Positions 48,199 through 58,283 of a DNA stretch of 64,000 nucleotides are shown here, one piece after another (within the stretch, counting starts at the first letter, position 1; every line of letters begins with the position of its first letter). The DNA is from a virus, in IMG/VR virus record IMGVR_UViG_3300032286_000926, positions 39,459 to 103,458 of that record; one strand, written 5' to 3'. The notes beneath the pieces are model-generated. The model was not told the origin of the DNA and ran no database searches. It was given only the letters and a program-made list of their open reading frames with translations. The position numbers and the translations under genes are program-made.

Positions 48199-49152
48199 AT
48201 GGCAAAACCAACTACAAGAAAACTATTTAAAGAATACTGCCTTCGCAGGTTGGGATGGCCAGTTATCGACATTAACGTTGATGACGACCAAGTAGAGGAC
48301 CGAATTGATGATGCTTTGAGTTACTATTACGACTATCATTTTGATGGTACCGAAAAGATATACATGAAGCATCGTATCACTCAAGAAGATATTAATCGTA
48401 GGTGGATTTACTGTCCAGATGCCGTTATATTTGTAACAGGCATGATACCGTTTGACCAATCATCATCTTCAGTCAATATGTTTGACTTGAGATATCAATT
48501 GCGTTTGCATGACCTTTATGACTTTACATCGGTATCGTATGTGTCATATGAAATCACCATGCAACATCTCCGTACCTTGAACCTATTGTTCTCAGGTACT
48601 CCACAATACCGATTTAACCGACACCAAAACAAGCTGATGCTTGATATTGACTGGTCTAAGAATGTCAATGTAGGTGAATATGTTATTATGGAATGTTATC
48701 GTAAATTGAATCCAGACACCATCACTTTGTCTGGTACAGTCAGTATGAATACCACATCCAATACTGTTATTGGTGCTGGTACATTGTTTGACCAAGAAAT
48801 TTTAGAGAATGATATGGTAACTTTTGGTGAGAATATTTACCAAGTGCGATATATCAAATCTCCAACAGAAATTGTATTGGCTACCACACCAGCAGCAAAT
48901 GCTAGCGGTGTTGTTATGACTGTTGCCGGTATTTCAGATGTTTGGAATGACCGATTCTTAAAAGCCTATACCACACAAAAAATTAAATATCAATGGGGTT
49001 CTAACCTAAGTAAATTTGCCGGTGTTCAATTACCTGGTGGAGTTACTTTAGATGGACCTCGAATTATGGAAGAAGCTCGTTTAGAAATTGAAAAATTAGA
49101 AGAAGAAATGCACTCACTCAATGTTCTACCATCTGATATGTTCATGGGTTAA
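48199..49152 (+). CDS. gp13: Neck protein gp13
   Basis: YCLRRLG.PVI.INVDDDQVEDRIDDAL..YHFDG; QWGSNLSKFAGVQLPGGVTLDG. Confidence 0.95.
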   Translation: MAKPTTRKLFKEYCLRRLGWPVIDINVDDDQVEDRIDDALSYYYDYHFDGTEKIYMKHRITQEDINRRWIYCPDAVIFVTGMIPFDQSSSSVNMFDLRYQLRLHDLYDFTSVSYVSYEITMQHLRTLNLLFSGTPQYRFNRHQNKLMLDIDWSKNVNVGEYVIMECYRKLNPDTITLSGTVSMNTTSNTVIGAGTLFDQEILENDMVTFGENIYQVRYIKSPTEIVLATTPAANASGVVMTVAGISDVWNDRFLKAYTTQKIKYQWGSNLSKFAGVQLPGGVTLDGPRIMEEARLEIEKLEEEMHSLNVLPSDMFMG

Positions 49153-49154
49153 AA

Positions 49155-50042
49155 GTGTCAACTAATTTCTATTTTAATAATTTTCCTGCCAATCAAGTAA
49201 CATCTGAACAACTCCTTATTGAGGATTTGGTTATAGAGTCCATGCAAATTAACGGCATGGACATTTTCTATATGCCTCGTCAAACAGGTGATAGTGTTGA
49301 TTATCTGTATGGTGAAGATACCGCAAAAAAATATACTCAAGCATTTCCACTTGAAATGTACCTTGAGAATGTTACTGGTATGGATGGTGAACAAGATTTT
49401 ATATCCAAGTTTGGTCTTGAAATTCGGGACGAAGTAAAGTTTCTTGTTGCTCGCCGTAGATTTAAAGCCACCGTTGGTCAACTTAGACCTAATGAAGGCG
49501 ATTTAATTTATGTTCCATTGGTGCAAAATTTCTTTGAAATTACTTTTGTTGAACATGAAAATGACCAAGCAATGTTTTATACATTAGGCCGTGGTCGTGG
49601 TGGTAATGTATATGTGTTTGCTTTAAAATTAAAACAATATGTATTCTCCAACGAAGTTATTGAAACTGGTATTCCACAAATAGATGAACAAATAAGAGAA
49701 GCTTATCCAAGAACACGACTTAGTTTAGATGATAATGTCGAAGGTAAGTTCTTAAATGATGAAATTGTTTATCAAGGTACAGACTTGGCCAATGCAACCG
49801 CACAGGCTGTTGTTTATGATTTTACACCAGACACCAAAGTTGTTGTATACCGTACACAAGGTGTATTCACAACAGGTTTATTAAAAGGTGCATCATCAAA
49901 TACCGAAGCACAAATACTTGTTGCAAATGATACGGTTGAAATGGACAATGCATTTGAAGATATTATAGATAATAACCGTATTCAAGAAGAAGGTCTAAGT
50001 GTAATTGACTGGACAGAAAAAAACCCATTTGGTGAAACTTAA
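49155..50042 (+). CDS. gp14: Neck protein gp14
   Basis: EQLLIEDLVIES...G.D.FYMPR, SKFGLEIRD, RPNEGDLIY.P, FEI.FVEHE, NPFGE. Confidence 0.95.
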   Translation: MSTNFYFNNFPANQVTSEQLLIEDLVIESMQINGMDIFYMPRQTGDSVDYLYGEDTAKKYTQAFPLEMYLENVTGMDGEQDFISKFGLEIRDEVKFLVARRRFKATVGQLRPNEGDLIYVPLVQNFFEITFVEHENDQAMFYTLGRGRGGNVYVFALKLKQYVFSNEVIETGIPQIDEQIREAYPRTRLSLDDNVEGKFLNDEIVYQGTDLANATAQAVVYDFTPDTKVVVYRTQGVFTTGLLKGASSNTEAQILVANDTVEMDNAFEDIIDNNRIQEEGLSVIDWTEKNPFGET

Positions 50043-51418
50043 TGCTATCTAATCCACATTTTTATAATCGTACCATTCGCAAAATTGTTGTTGCATTTGG
50101 GTCAATGTTTAATGACATTGAGGTTGTTCGTTTTCTTAAAGACGGTACACCAACAGAAAGATTCAAAGTTCCTTTGTCGTATGGAGCCAAAGAAAAATAC
50201 ATAACTCGTATTACATCGGATCCATCACTCACCAAATCTATTGCTACTGTTGTCCCTAGAATATCATTTAATCTTGAAGGTTTAAGTTATGATGCTTCTA
50301 GAAAACAAGTAACCACATTAAAAAATTTTGGTAACGGTGGTGGTACATTTTCATCTCAATATGCACCTGTACCATATGATTTTAATTTTACCATGTCTTT
50401 GTATGTTCGTAATACAGAAGATGGTACACAAATTCTAGAACAAATATTACCGTTTTTTACACCAGATTTTACTGTAACTATTGATTTTATTCCATCAATG
50501 AATCAAAAATATGACATGCCTGTTATATTAAATTCAGTAAGTTCTAGTGTAGATTATGAAGGTGATATGATGTCCACTAGATTAATTTTGTGGGACTTAG
50601 ATTTTACTGCAAAAGGATATATTTGGCCTGCCGTTAGGTCCGATTCAACTAATGGTAAAATTATTCGTTATGTAAATACAAATTTATATAATATGGCCAA
50701 TACAAAATTGGTAAACATATTAACAACACCGGATCCAATTGATGCTAATGTGGATGATGAGTACGGATTTAATGAAGAGATTACTGAATATTTTGAAGGT
50801 AAAGACAATATAGTTGTAAATCCAAATCCATTACCAGGTGATGGTGCTTTCTTGTACGACACTCCAAATCCAATGACACTAGGTCTTTTAGGAACACCAT
50901 TTACTGCCAATAGTAATCCAAATATTACAACTTCAGCATTAACATTAGGTTTAAGTCGTAAAAAATATAAAGGTTATTATGAAGAAAATCCAAATTATTT
51001 TGATAGTAAAACACCTATTGATATTAAAAATGATAATATTTTAAGTTTTAATTATAGTGATATGGATGATAACTTTAGTATGACTTGGACTGGTTACTTC
51101 AAACCAGAAACAACAGGCAATTACAATTTCTGGTTGGTATCAGATAATTCAAACTACTTGTGGATTGGTGATACCGCATTGAATGGTTATACTAATCAAA
51201 ACGCATTTGTTAATAATGGTACAGACCACAGTAATGAGTGGAATAATAATGTGAATTCTGTTACACTACAGGCCAATAAATATTACCCAATTAGAATACA
51301 TTTTGGTGATAGAACTGGATATGAAACCATGCAGGTGTTTTATGCATTAACAGGCCAAAGAGGTACAAGAAATTTCACCAATAAACTATATTACAATTCA
51401 ATAACTAATGGTTTTTAA
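50042..51418 (+). CDS. gp15: Tail sheath stabiliser/terminator gp15 with C-terminal PA14-like domain
   Basis: IRK.VVAFG.MFNDI, VPL.YG.KEK, PRISF, PVPY, QILEQILPFF.P; extra ~200 aa with WTGYFKP..TG.Y.F...SD...LWIG...L....YYPIRI.FG. Confidence 0.9.
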   Translation: MLSNPHFYNRTIRKIVVAFGSMFNDIEVVRFLKDGTPTERFKVPLSYGAKEKYITRITSDPSLTKSIATVVPRISFNLEGLSYDASRKQVTTLKNFGNGGGTFSSQYAPVPYDFNFTMSLYVRNTEDGTQILEQILPFFTPDFTVTIDFIPSMNQKYDMPVILNSVSSSVDYEGDMMSTRLILWDLDFTAKGYIWPAVRSDSTNGKIIRYVNTNLYNMANTKLVNILTTPDPIDANVDDEYGFNEEITEYFEGKDNIVVNPNPLPGDGAFLYDTPNPMTLGLLGTPFTANSNPNITTSALTLGLSRKKYKGYYEENPNYFDSKTPIDIKNDNILSFNYSDMDDNFSMTWTGYFKPETTGNYNFWLVSDNSNYLWIGDTALNGYTNQNAFVNNGTDHSNEWNNNVNSVTLQANKYYPIRIHFGDRTGYETMQVFYALTGQRGTRNFTNKLYYNSITNGF

Positions 51419-51832
51419 ATGAAAAAAATTAATGAAAAGTTATCTGAGATACTTGATGTTGAACCAATTACCATAGAACAACCAGTTGTTAAATCAAATG
51501 AAATAATTGAAATAACAACACCAAATAATGTTGTTGAAACTGATGCTGATTATGCTAGAAACAACATCAAAAGTCTTATAGATAAAGGTGCAGGTGCTAT
51601 CGAAGAACTTGCCGTAGTTGCAAGAGATTCGCAACACCCACGAGCATATGAAGTTATGGCCGGTATGTTAAAAAATCTTACCGACATGAATAAAGATTTA
51701 CTAGAAATACAAAAACGCAAACAAGATTTAACTGGTGTAAAAGAATCCGGTTCAAAAGATGTTAATATTGATAAGGCTGTTTTTGTAGGTTCTACCGCAG
51801 AATTAATGAAGTTACTTAAATCGGAAAAATAA
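51419..51832 (+). CDS. gp16: Terminase small subunit gp16
   Basis: DADYARNNI, HPRAYEV, AVFVGSTAELMK. Confidence 0.93.
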   Translation: MKKINEKLSEILDVEPITIEQPVVKSNEIIEITTPNNVVETDADYARNNIKSLIDKGAGAIEELAVVARDSQHPRAYEVMAGMLKNLTDMNKDLLEIQKRKQDLTGVKESGSKDVNIDKAVFVGSTAELMKLLKSEK

Positions 51833-51833
51833 T

Positions 51834-52268
51834 ATGGAACAACTCATTCAACAATTAAAAGTAATTTTAGGTACAAACTTTGCTTTGTATTTGAAGGCAC
51901 ACAATTTTCATTGGAATATTGAAGGTTCCAATTTTCCACAATATCATAATTTTTTAGATGGTCTTTATAATTCTATTTGGGAACAGAATGATGATATTGC
52001 GGAACACATTCGTCAACTAGATTCTTATGCACCAGGTTCTTTTAGTAGATTCTTGGAGTTGTCGGCAATTGAAGAAGAGTTGAATATACCACAAGCATTA
52101 GAAATGATGAGTATTCTTAAAAACGATAACGACAAATTTATCATTCAATTACGTGCCGGTATTGTTGTTGCTGAACAAGCCAATGAACCAGCTGTTGGTA
52201 ACTTTTTACAAGACCTATTAGCTGCTCATCAAAAACACGCATGGATGTTACGCAGTATTATTAAATAA
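51834..52268 (+). CDS. dps: Dps-family ferritin (DNA protection during starvation protein)
   Basis: KAHNFHWNIEG..F...H...D.LY......DDIAEHIRQL...A.GS; K.AWML. Confidence 0.9.
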   Translation: MEQLIQQLKVILGTNFALYLKAHNFHWNIEGSNFPQYHNFLDGLYNSIWEQNDDIAEHIRQLDSYAPGSFSRFLELSAIEEELNIPQALEMMSILKNDNDKFIIQLRAGIVVAEQANEPAVGNFLQDLLAAHQKHAWMLRSIIK

Positions 52269-53968
52269 TGGCTGAAAATTCTTTTAGTGGTAATCCCAAT
52301 CTCAAAAAGATTGGTATCAATATATCATTTACGGAAGAACAAATTCTGGAGTACCAGAAATGTTCTAAGGATCCCGTTTATTTTATTGATAACTACTGTT
52401 ACATTATTACTCTTGACCATGGTATTCAACCATTCAAACTCTATGATTGTCAAAAAGAAAAGATAAAAGTAATCCATGAGAACCGCAAGGTCATTCTTAT
52501 GGAAGGTCGTCAGCAAGGTAAGACACAAAGTTCTGTAGCCTATATTCTTTGGTACACATTGTTTCAAGAGGCAAAGAATGTGGCTATTCTTGCAAACAAA
52601 GAAACGGCTGCTCGTGAGGCCATGTCTCGTTACCAGATGATGTATGAAAACTTACCAATCTGGATGCAACAAGGTGTCAAAGTATGGAACAAAGGTGACA
52701 TTGAACTAGAAAACGGTTCAAAGGTATTTACATCAGCAACTACCGCATCTGGTATTCGTGGTAAGTCTGTAAACATGTTGTACATTGACGAGGCTGCAAT
52801 TATTCCAAATAATATTGCAGAGGCTTTCTTCACATCTGTATATCCAGTTATTTCTGCCGGTGTAACAACAAAGATTCTAATCACATCTACACCACTTGGT
52901 TATAACCATTTTTGGAAGTTTTGGAATGATGCCGAAAATAAACGAAATGACTTTGTGCCTTTACAGATTCCTTATTGGAGAATACCTGGTAGAGACGAGA
53001 AGTGGGCAGACGAACAGAAAAGGCTTCTAGGTGAACTAAAGTACAATCAGGAAGTTCTCTGTACATTCTTAGGTTCAGCTTTGACACTCATACGTGGTGA
53101 TATCATCGGTCAACTGTCCTACGATGATCCAATACTTTCTGACAATGGTTTGGACTTGTATCAGTATCCAATCCAAGGAGAACGGAACGAACACGGTCTA
53201 ATTACCTCAAAACCGCATGTCTATGTAATTGTTGCCGATACGGCCAAAGGTGTTGGTGGAGACTATTCGGCATTTGTAATTATGGATGTTACCACAGTAC
53301 CATATCGTATGGTTGGTAAGTATCGTAATAATACAATCGCACCGATGCTCTATCCATCCGTTATACATAAGCTGGCAAAGCAATATAATAATGCTTATAT
53401 CTTGACTGAGGTTAACTCCTCAGAACAGGTTGCACATATTCTATACAATGATTATGAATATGAGAATATTCTGTTTGTCCACAGAGATACCAAAGGACAA
53501 AGAATTACAGGTGGTTTTGCTGGTGCTGGCAAGACCCAACTCGGTGTAAATACCGATAAACGAGTAAAAAGAATTGGTTGTTTTAACTTTAAGTCTTTGG
53601 TGGAAGAGAAGAAATTACTCATACCAGATGCTGATGTTATTTCAGAAATATCAACCTTTATTGAAAAAAGAAACTCATATGAGGCCGATGAGGGTTACCA
53701 TGATGACTTAGTAATGGGTCTGGTACTGTTTTCTTGGTTGGTAACTAATCCATATTTCAAAGAGATTACCGATGTTAATCTCCGAGAAGCAATATACCAG
53801 AATAAAATTAAACAAATTGAAGAAGAAATGTTGCCGTTAGGGTTCATAAATGATGGGCAACATGATGAAGTTTACTTAGAGAGTGGAGACCTTTGGGGTA
53901 AAAAAGATGACAATGAATCATCTCGATTACCAGCTGGTTACATGTCCTCTAACTTATGGAAATACTAA
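52268..53968 (+). CDS. gp17: Terminase large subunit gp17
   Basis: Walker A RQQGKT, Walker B LYIDE, ITSTPLGYNHF, DTAKGVGGDYSAF, GYHDDLVM. Confidence 0.97.
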   Translation: MAENSFSGNPNLKKIGINISFTEEQILEYQKCSKDPVYFIDNYCYIITLDHGIQPFKLYDCQKEKIKVIHENRKVILMEGRQQGKTQSSVAYILWYTLFQEAKNVAILANKETAAREAMSRYQMMYENLPIWMQQGVKVWNKGDIELENGSKVFTSATTASGIRGKSVNMLYIDEAAIIPNNIAEAFFTSVYPVISAGVTTKILITSTPLGYNHFWKFWNDAENKRNDFVPLQIPYWRIPGRDEKWADEQKRLLGELKYNQEVLCTFLGSALTLIRGDIIGQLSYDDPILSDNGLDLYQYPIQGERNEHGLITSKPHVYVIVADTAKGVGGDYSAFVIMDVTTVPYRMVGKYRNNTIAPMLYPSVIHKLAKQYNNAYILTEVNSSEQVAHILYNDYEYENILFVHRDTKGQRITGGFAGAGKTQLGVNTDKRVKRIGCFNFKSLVEEKKLLIPDADVISEISTFIEKRNSYEADEGYHDDLVMGLVLFSWLVTNPYFKEITDVNLREAIYQNKIKQIEEEMLPLGFINDGQHDEVYLESGDLWGKKDDNESSRLPAGYMSSNLWKY

Positions 53969-53971
53969 ATA
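53964..53971 (+). promoter_or_regulatory. Putative late promoter (ACTAAATA) for gp18
   Basis: Overlaps the gp17 stop; SD AAGGAG downstream. Confidence 0.6.
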
Positions 53972-54016
53972 GAGAATCAAAGAAAAAGATTCCCACTATA
54001 ATTAAAGGAGAAATCC

Positions 54017-55792
54017 ATGGCGTTTCAACTATCCGCAGGCGTAAATGTGTCAGAAATCGATTTGACCACAGTAGTGCCTTCTGTATCCAGTTCTACTGGT
54101 GCTTTTGCTGGAAAGTTTTCTTGGGGTCCAGTTAATGAAGTAGTCACCATTTCAGACGAAGTTCGTCTTGCACAAAGATTTGGTCGACCAACAGATACAA
54201 ATTATGAATACTGGTTTTCCGCAGCAAACTTTTTAGCGTATTCTAACAACCTTAAAGTAGTTCGTGCCGCTGGCACAGGTACTACAAATGCATTTGACCG
54301 AGCAACAGCCAATACCGTTGCTAATAGTCTTCCTGTTCAAAATCAAACCATTTTAATCAAAAACAGTACCGATTATGAACTCAACTATAGCAGTCTTACT
54401 GCCAGTACATCAAATATTGCCAATGTTCTAACTAGTATAAACAATTACGGTTCATTTGCCGCTAAGTTTGCTGGTGAATTAGGTAATTCAATTAAAATTG
54501 TGATTGCTGATGGTGTTGTTGCTGATAATGCAAGTGCAAATTGGTCGAGTTATCAAAGTCAATTTACTGATAAACCAAGAACCTCTGATTATGTAAGAGC
54601 TGCTGGTGGTGCAAATGACGAAATGCACATTTTAGTCATTGATAGTGCTGGTAAGTTTACAGGTGCAAACAATACTGTTCTTGAAAAATTTGCTTTTGTA
54701 TCTAAAGCATCTGATGCCAAAAATTACGATGGTACAAGTAACTATTACAAAGATGTTTTAAATAGTCGTTCAAACTATGTTTGGTGGTTAAGTCATAATG
54801 GTTTAGTTGCTAACACACAAACTACCAATTGGGGTTCTACTGCTGCTAACACTTCATTTACTAATGCAAAAGCAAATGTTGAAATTCAATTATCTACTGG
54901 TGCAGATGGTACTATTGCAAATTCTAATATTGTAAATGCTTATAACCAAATTGCAAGTCCAGATTCAACCGATATTTCATTAATTGTTACTGGTCCTGCC
55001 GATAACACAATCTCTAGTGCGGTAATTACTATTGCAGAAACTCGTAAAGATTGCGTAGTGTTTATTTCTCCGTTAAAATCCAATGTTGTTGACAAATACG
55101 GTAATGAATCTACCAATGTTCTTGATTATCGTGCAAATTTAACATCATCATCATATGCTGTTATGGATTCTGGTTGGAAATATCAGTACGACAAATATAA
55201 CGACACATATCGTTGGGTACCACTAAACGGTGACGTTGCAGGTTTATGTGCAAGAACAGACTTAGAACGTGACCCTTGGTTCTCACCAGCTGGTGCAAAT
55301 CGTGGTATCATTAAGAATGTTATTAAATTAGCATGGAATCCAACTAAGGCAGAACGTGATAATTTATATACTAAAGGTGTAAATCCTGTTGTAACTTTTG
55401 CGGGTGAAGGTACAATGTTGTTTGGTGACAAGACTATGTTAAGTCGTCCATCTGCATTTGACCATATCAATGTACGCCGTCTGTTTATTGTATTGGAAAA
55501 ATCTGTTGCTCGTGCAGCTCGTTCTTCATTGTTTGAGTTTAACGACCAATTTACCCGTGCAGCTTTTGTTAACTTAGTAGAACCGTATTTGCGTGATGTC
55601 CAAGGTCGCCGTGGTATTACTGACTTCCGTGTTGTTTGTGATGAGACAAATAATACCGCAGAAGTAATTGACCGCAACGAATTTATTGGTGACATTTATA
55701 TCAAACCAGCACGTTCAATCAACTACATTCAACTTAACTTTGTGGCAGTTCGCACAGGTGTAAGATTTGAAGAGATTGTTGGTCGATTCTAA
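54017..55792 (+). CDS. gp18: Tail sheath protein gp18
   Basis: SAGVNVSEIDLT, FSWGP, PWFSPAG.NRG, FGDKT..PSAFD.INVRRLF, FEFND, IKPARSIN.I.LNFVA. Confidence 0.97.
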   Translation: MAFQLSAGVNVSEIDLTTVVPSVSSSTGAFAGKFSWGPVNEVVTISDEVRLAQRFGRPTDTNYEYWFSAANFLAYSNNLKVVRAAGTGTTNAFDRATANTVANSLPVQNQTILIKNSTDYELNYSSLTASTSNIANVLTSINNYGSFAAKFAGELGNSIKIVIADGVVADNASANWSSYQSQFTDKPRTSDYVRAAGGANDEMHILVIDSAGKFTGANNTVLEKFAFVSKASDAKNYDGTSNYYKDVLNSRSNYVWWLSHNGLVANTQTTNWGSTAANTSFTNAKANVEIQLSTGADGTIANSNIVNAYNQIASPDSTDISLIVTGPADNTISSAVITIAETRKDCVVFISPLKSNVVDKYGNESTNVLDYRANLTSSSYAVMDSGWKYQYDKYNDTYRWVPLNGDVAGLCARTDLERDPWFSPAGANRGIIKNVIKLAWNPTKAERDNLYTKGVNPVVTFAGEGTMLFGDKTMLSRPSAFDHINVRRLFIVLEKSVARAARSSLFEFNDQFTRAAFVNLVEPYLRDVQGRRGITDFRVVCDETNNTAEVIDRNEFIGDIYIKPARSINYIQLNFVAVRTGVRFEEIVGRF

Positions 55793-55795
55793 ATA
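55788..55795 (+). promoter_or_regulatory. Putative late promoter (TCTAAATA) for gp19
   Basis: Overlaps the gp18 stop; SD AGGAG downstream. Confidence 0.55.
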
Positions 55796-55814
55796 GAGAA
55801 ACAGGAGAAAAAAC

Positions 55815-56360
55815 ATGGCATTTAATGTAAATCAATTTAGAAGTCAAATGACAGGTGATGGCGCAAGGCCAAACCTGTTTGAGGTTTCTATGCCTTTCCC
55901 TTCGTTCTCTAATCCGGGAAATGCACAACAAAAACTAACCTTTATGTGTAAGACTGCACAGTTACCAGGTTCAACTATTAACACAGTACCAGTTCAATAC
56001 TTTGGTCGTGAGTTAAAGTTTGCTGGTAACCGCACTTTTGCTGACTGGACAATTACGATTATTAACGATGAAGATTTTGTTATTCGTAATGCTTTTGAGC
56101 GTTGGATGGCAGGTCTAAATAACCATAGTCTCAACGTAAGAAATCCAGCTGCATTAACACCAGTTGGTTATTCTGTTGACGGTGATGTTACCCAATACGG
56201 AAAAAACGGCAATACACTTAAACAATATAAATTTATTGGTATGTTCCCAACGGACTTAACTCCGATTGATGTATCTTGGGATGCAAATGACCAAATTGAA
56301 GAATTTACAGTAACTCTATCATATCAATGGTGGGAGTCTGTTGATTCTGGTGTGGTATAA
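55815..56360 (+). CDS. gp19: Tail tube protein gp19
   Basis: GARPNLFEV, CKTAQLPGS, FGRELKFAGNRTF.DWTITIINDEDF, IEEFTVT..YQWW. Confidence 0.97.
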   Translation: MAFNVNQFRSQMTGDGARPNLFEVSMPFPSFSNPGNAQQKLTFMCKTAQLPGSTINTVPVQYFGRELKFAGNRTFADWTITIINDEDFVIRNAFERWMAGLNNHSLNVRNPAALTPVGYSVDGDVTQYGKNGNTLKQYKFIGMFPTDLTPIDVSWDANDQIEEFTVTLSYQWWESVDSGVV

Positions 56361-56361
56361 A

Positions 56362-56391
56362 GAGAAGGGCTTCGGCCTTTCTCAATTTTTT
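56362..56391 (+). terminator. Intrinsic terminator after gp19 with C(UUCG)G loop
   Basis: GAGAAGGGC-TTCG-GCCTTTCTC followed by AATTTTTT. Confidence 0.8.
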
Positions 56392-56405
56392 AGGATGATT
56401 ATTTA

Positions 56406-58061
56406 ATGGCTATAAATTTATTTGGTTTTACTTTAGGTAAAAAGGACATCGTTCAGGTTGCAAAACCTGAAGAGTCCTCTTTTGCTCTTCCTACATCCGC
56501 ACTTGATGATGGTGCGGTCACTATTACTCAAAATGCTCACTACGGTACATATGTTGACTTAGAGGGTTCTGTACGTAACGAACTAGAATTAATCACTCGT
56601 TACCGTGAAATGTCCAACCACCCAGAGCTTGAATCTGCAATTGATGAAATTGTTAATGAGGCAATTACACACTCAGAAGATGGTTCTGTTGTTGATATTA
56701 ATTTAGATAATTTAAAACAACCAGAATCTATTAAGAAAAAAATTATAGAAGAGTTTGATAATATTCAAAAATTATTAAACTTTAAAAACCTGGCCGATGA
56801 TTTGTTTAGGCGTTGGTACATTGACGGTAGAATATACTTTCAAGTTGTGGTCAATGACAAAAATCCAAAAGAGGGTATTCAAGAGCTTCGTTATATTGAC
56901 CCACGAAAGATTCGTAAAGTTCGTGAAATTAATAAAGACAAAGACCCAAAAACAGGCGCAATGATTATTAAATCTATTGCCGAATATTATGTTTATAATG
57001 ACAAAGGTACAACAACACAGACTTATACAGCTGGTGTAAACCAAGGTATTCGTATTGCACCAGATTCAGTAGTTAATATTAACTCTGGTATGATGGATGC
57101 AAAAAATACTTTTGTTATTTCATATCTACATAAAGCAATTAAAGCTCTCAATCAATTAAGAATGATTGAAGATGCGGTTGTTATTTACCGTTTATCTAGA
57201 GCACCAGAACGCCGTGTTTTTTATATTGACGTAGGTAACTTACCAAAAGGTAAGGCTGAACAATATCTCCGTGATATTATGGTCAAGTATAAGAACAAGA
57301 TGGTTTATGATGCCAACACAGGTGAACTCCGTGATGACCGTAAACATCTTTCGATGCTTGAAGATTTTTGGTTACCTCGCCGTGAAGGTGGAAAAGGTAC
57401 AGAGATTACTACATTACCTGCTGGTCAGAACCTTGGTCAGATTGAAGATGTACAATACTTTCAAAAGAAATTGTTACAGTCTCTTAATGTGCCGTATTCT
57501 AGAATCGAACCACAAGGCGGTGGATTTGCATCACTTGGCCGTTCAACAGAAGTTACCCGTGATGAGTTGAAGTTTGCAAAATTCATTACTCGTTTGCGTA
57601 ATAAGTTTTCTCAAATTTTTGATAATGCACTTAGAACACAACTTGCCTTAAAAGGTATTTGTTCACAAGATGAATGGGACAAATTTAGAGAAGATATTTT
57701 TTATGATTTTCGTAAAGACAATAACTTTACAGAGTTGCGTGAAGCTGAACTTTGGAGAGAACGTCTAACATCTTTAAGTATGATTGATCCATACATTGGT
57801 AAATATTTCTCACAAACATGGGCAAAGAAAACAATCTTGCGTATGTCTGAAGAAGAAATTCAAGAGATGGAAAAAGAGATGGAAAAAGACGGTTCAACCG
57901 AAATTTTTGACCAAATGATGACTGCACAAACTGGTGGCCAACCTGCTGGTGACCAACCACAACCTGTAGATAACACTTATGATAATGCTCCTACTGAATC
58001 AGAAACTCCTCAATTAGATTCTGAGGTAGATAAGTATTCAATGGGTATAAATAAGAAATAA
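56406..58061 (+). CDS. gp20: Portal protein gp20
   Basis: YREM..HPE...AIDEIVNEAI, WYIDGRI, LRMIEDAVVIYRLSRAPERRVFYIDVGNLPK, EDFWLPRREGGKGTEITTLP. Confidence 0.97.
   Translation: MAINLFGFTLGKKDIVQVAKPEESSFALPTSALDDGAVTITQNAHYGTYVDLEGSVRNELELITRYREMSNHPELESAIDEIVNEAITHSEDGSVVDINLDNLKQPESIKKKIIEEFDNIQKLLNFKNLADDLFRRWYIDGRIYFQVVVNDKNPKEGIQELRYIDPRKIRKVREINKDKDPKTGAMIIKSIAEYYVYNDKGTTTQTYTAGVNQGIRIAPDSVVNINSGMMDAKNTFVISYLHKAIKALNQLRMIEDAVVIYRLSRAPERRVFYIDVGNLPKGKAEQYLRDIMVKYKNKMVYDANTGELRDDRKHLSMLEDFWLPRREGGKGTEITTLPAGQNLGQIEDVQYFQKKLLQSLNVPYSRIEPQGGGFASLGRSTEVTRDELKFAKFITRLRNKFSQIFDNALRTQLALKGICSQDEWDKFREDIFYDFRKDNNFTELREAELWRERLTSLSMIDPYIGKYFSQTWAKKTILRMSEEEIQEMEKEMEKDGSTEIFDQMMTAQTGGQPAGDQPQPVDNTYDNAPTESETPQLDSEVDKYSMGINKK
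58046..58053 (+). promoter_or_regulatory. T4-type late promoter TATAAATA
   Basis: Exact consensus at the end of gp20, before the gp67-like gene. Confidence 0.75.
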
Positions 58062-58082
58062 ATAATATAAAGGAACATTGAT

Positions 58083-58283
58083 ATGTCGCAAACTAGACAA
58101 TTTATTGACCAACTTGCTGCTGGTGAATCTTCAGCTGCTAAAGAGTCGTTAGAAAATATGATTTCAACCAAAGCATTTGAAGCCCTTGATTCTTATAAAA
58201 AAGAAATGGCATCTTCAATTTTTGGTGGTCAAAAAGAAACACCAGAAGTACAAACTTCTGAAGAAGATACACAAGAAGCTTAA
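58083..58283 (+). CDS. Prohead core protein gp67-like
   Basis: Position after portal, small size, FIDQL..GE...A...L...K..EAL...K.E.A pattern with an acidic tail. Confidence 0.65.
   Translation: MSQTRQFIDQLAAGESSAAKESLENMISTKAFEALDSYKKEMASSIFGGQKETPEVQTSEEDTQEA

Noticed and set aside
55183-55695. 170-aa minus-strand ORF, and similar antisense ORFs across the structural genes
   Set aside because: Antisense shadows of conserved genes (here gp18) with no recognisable motifs.
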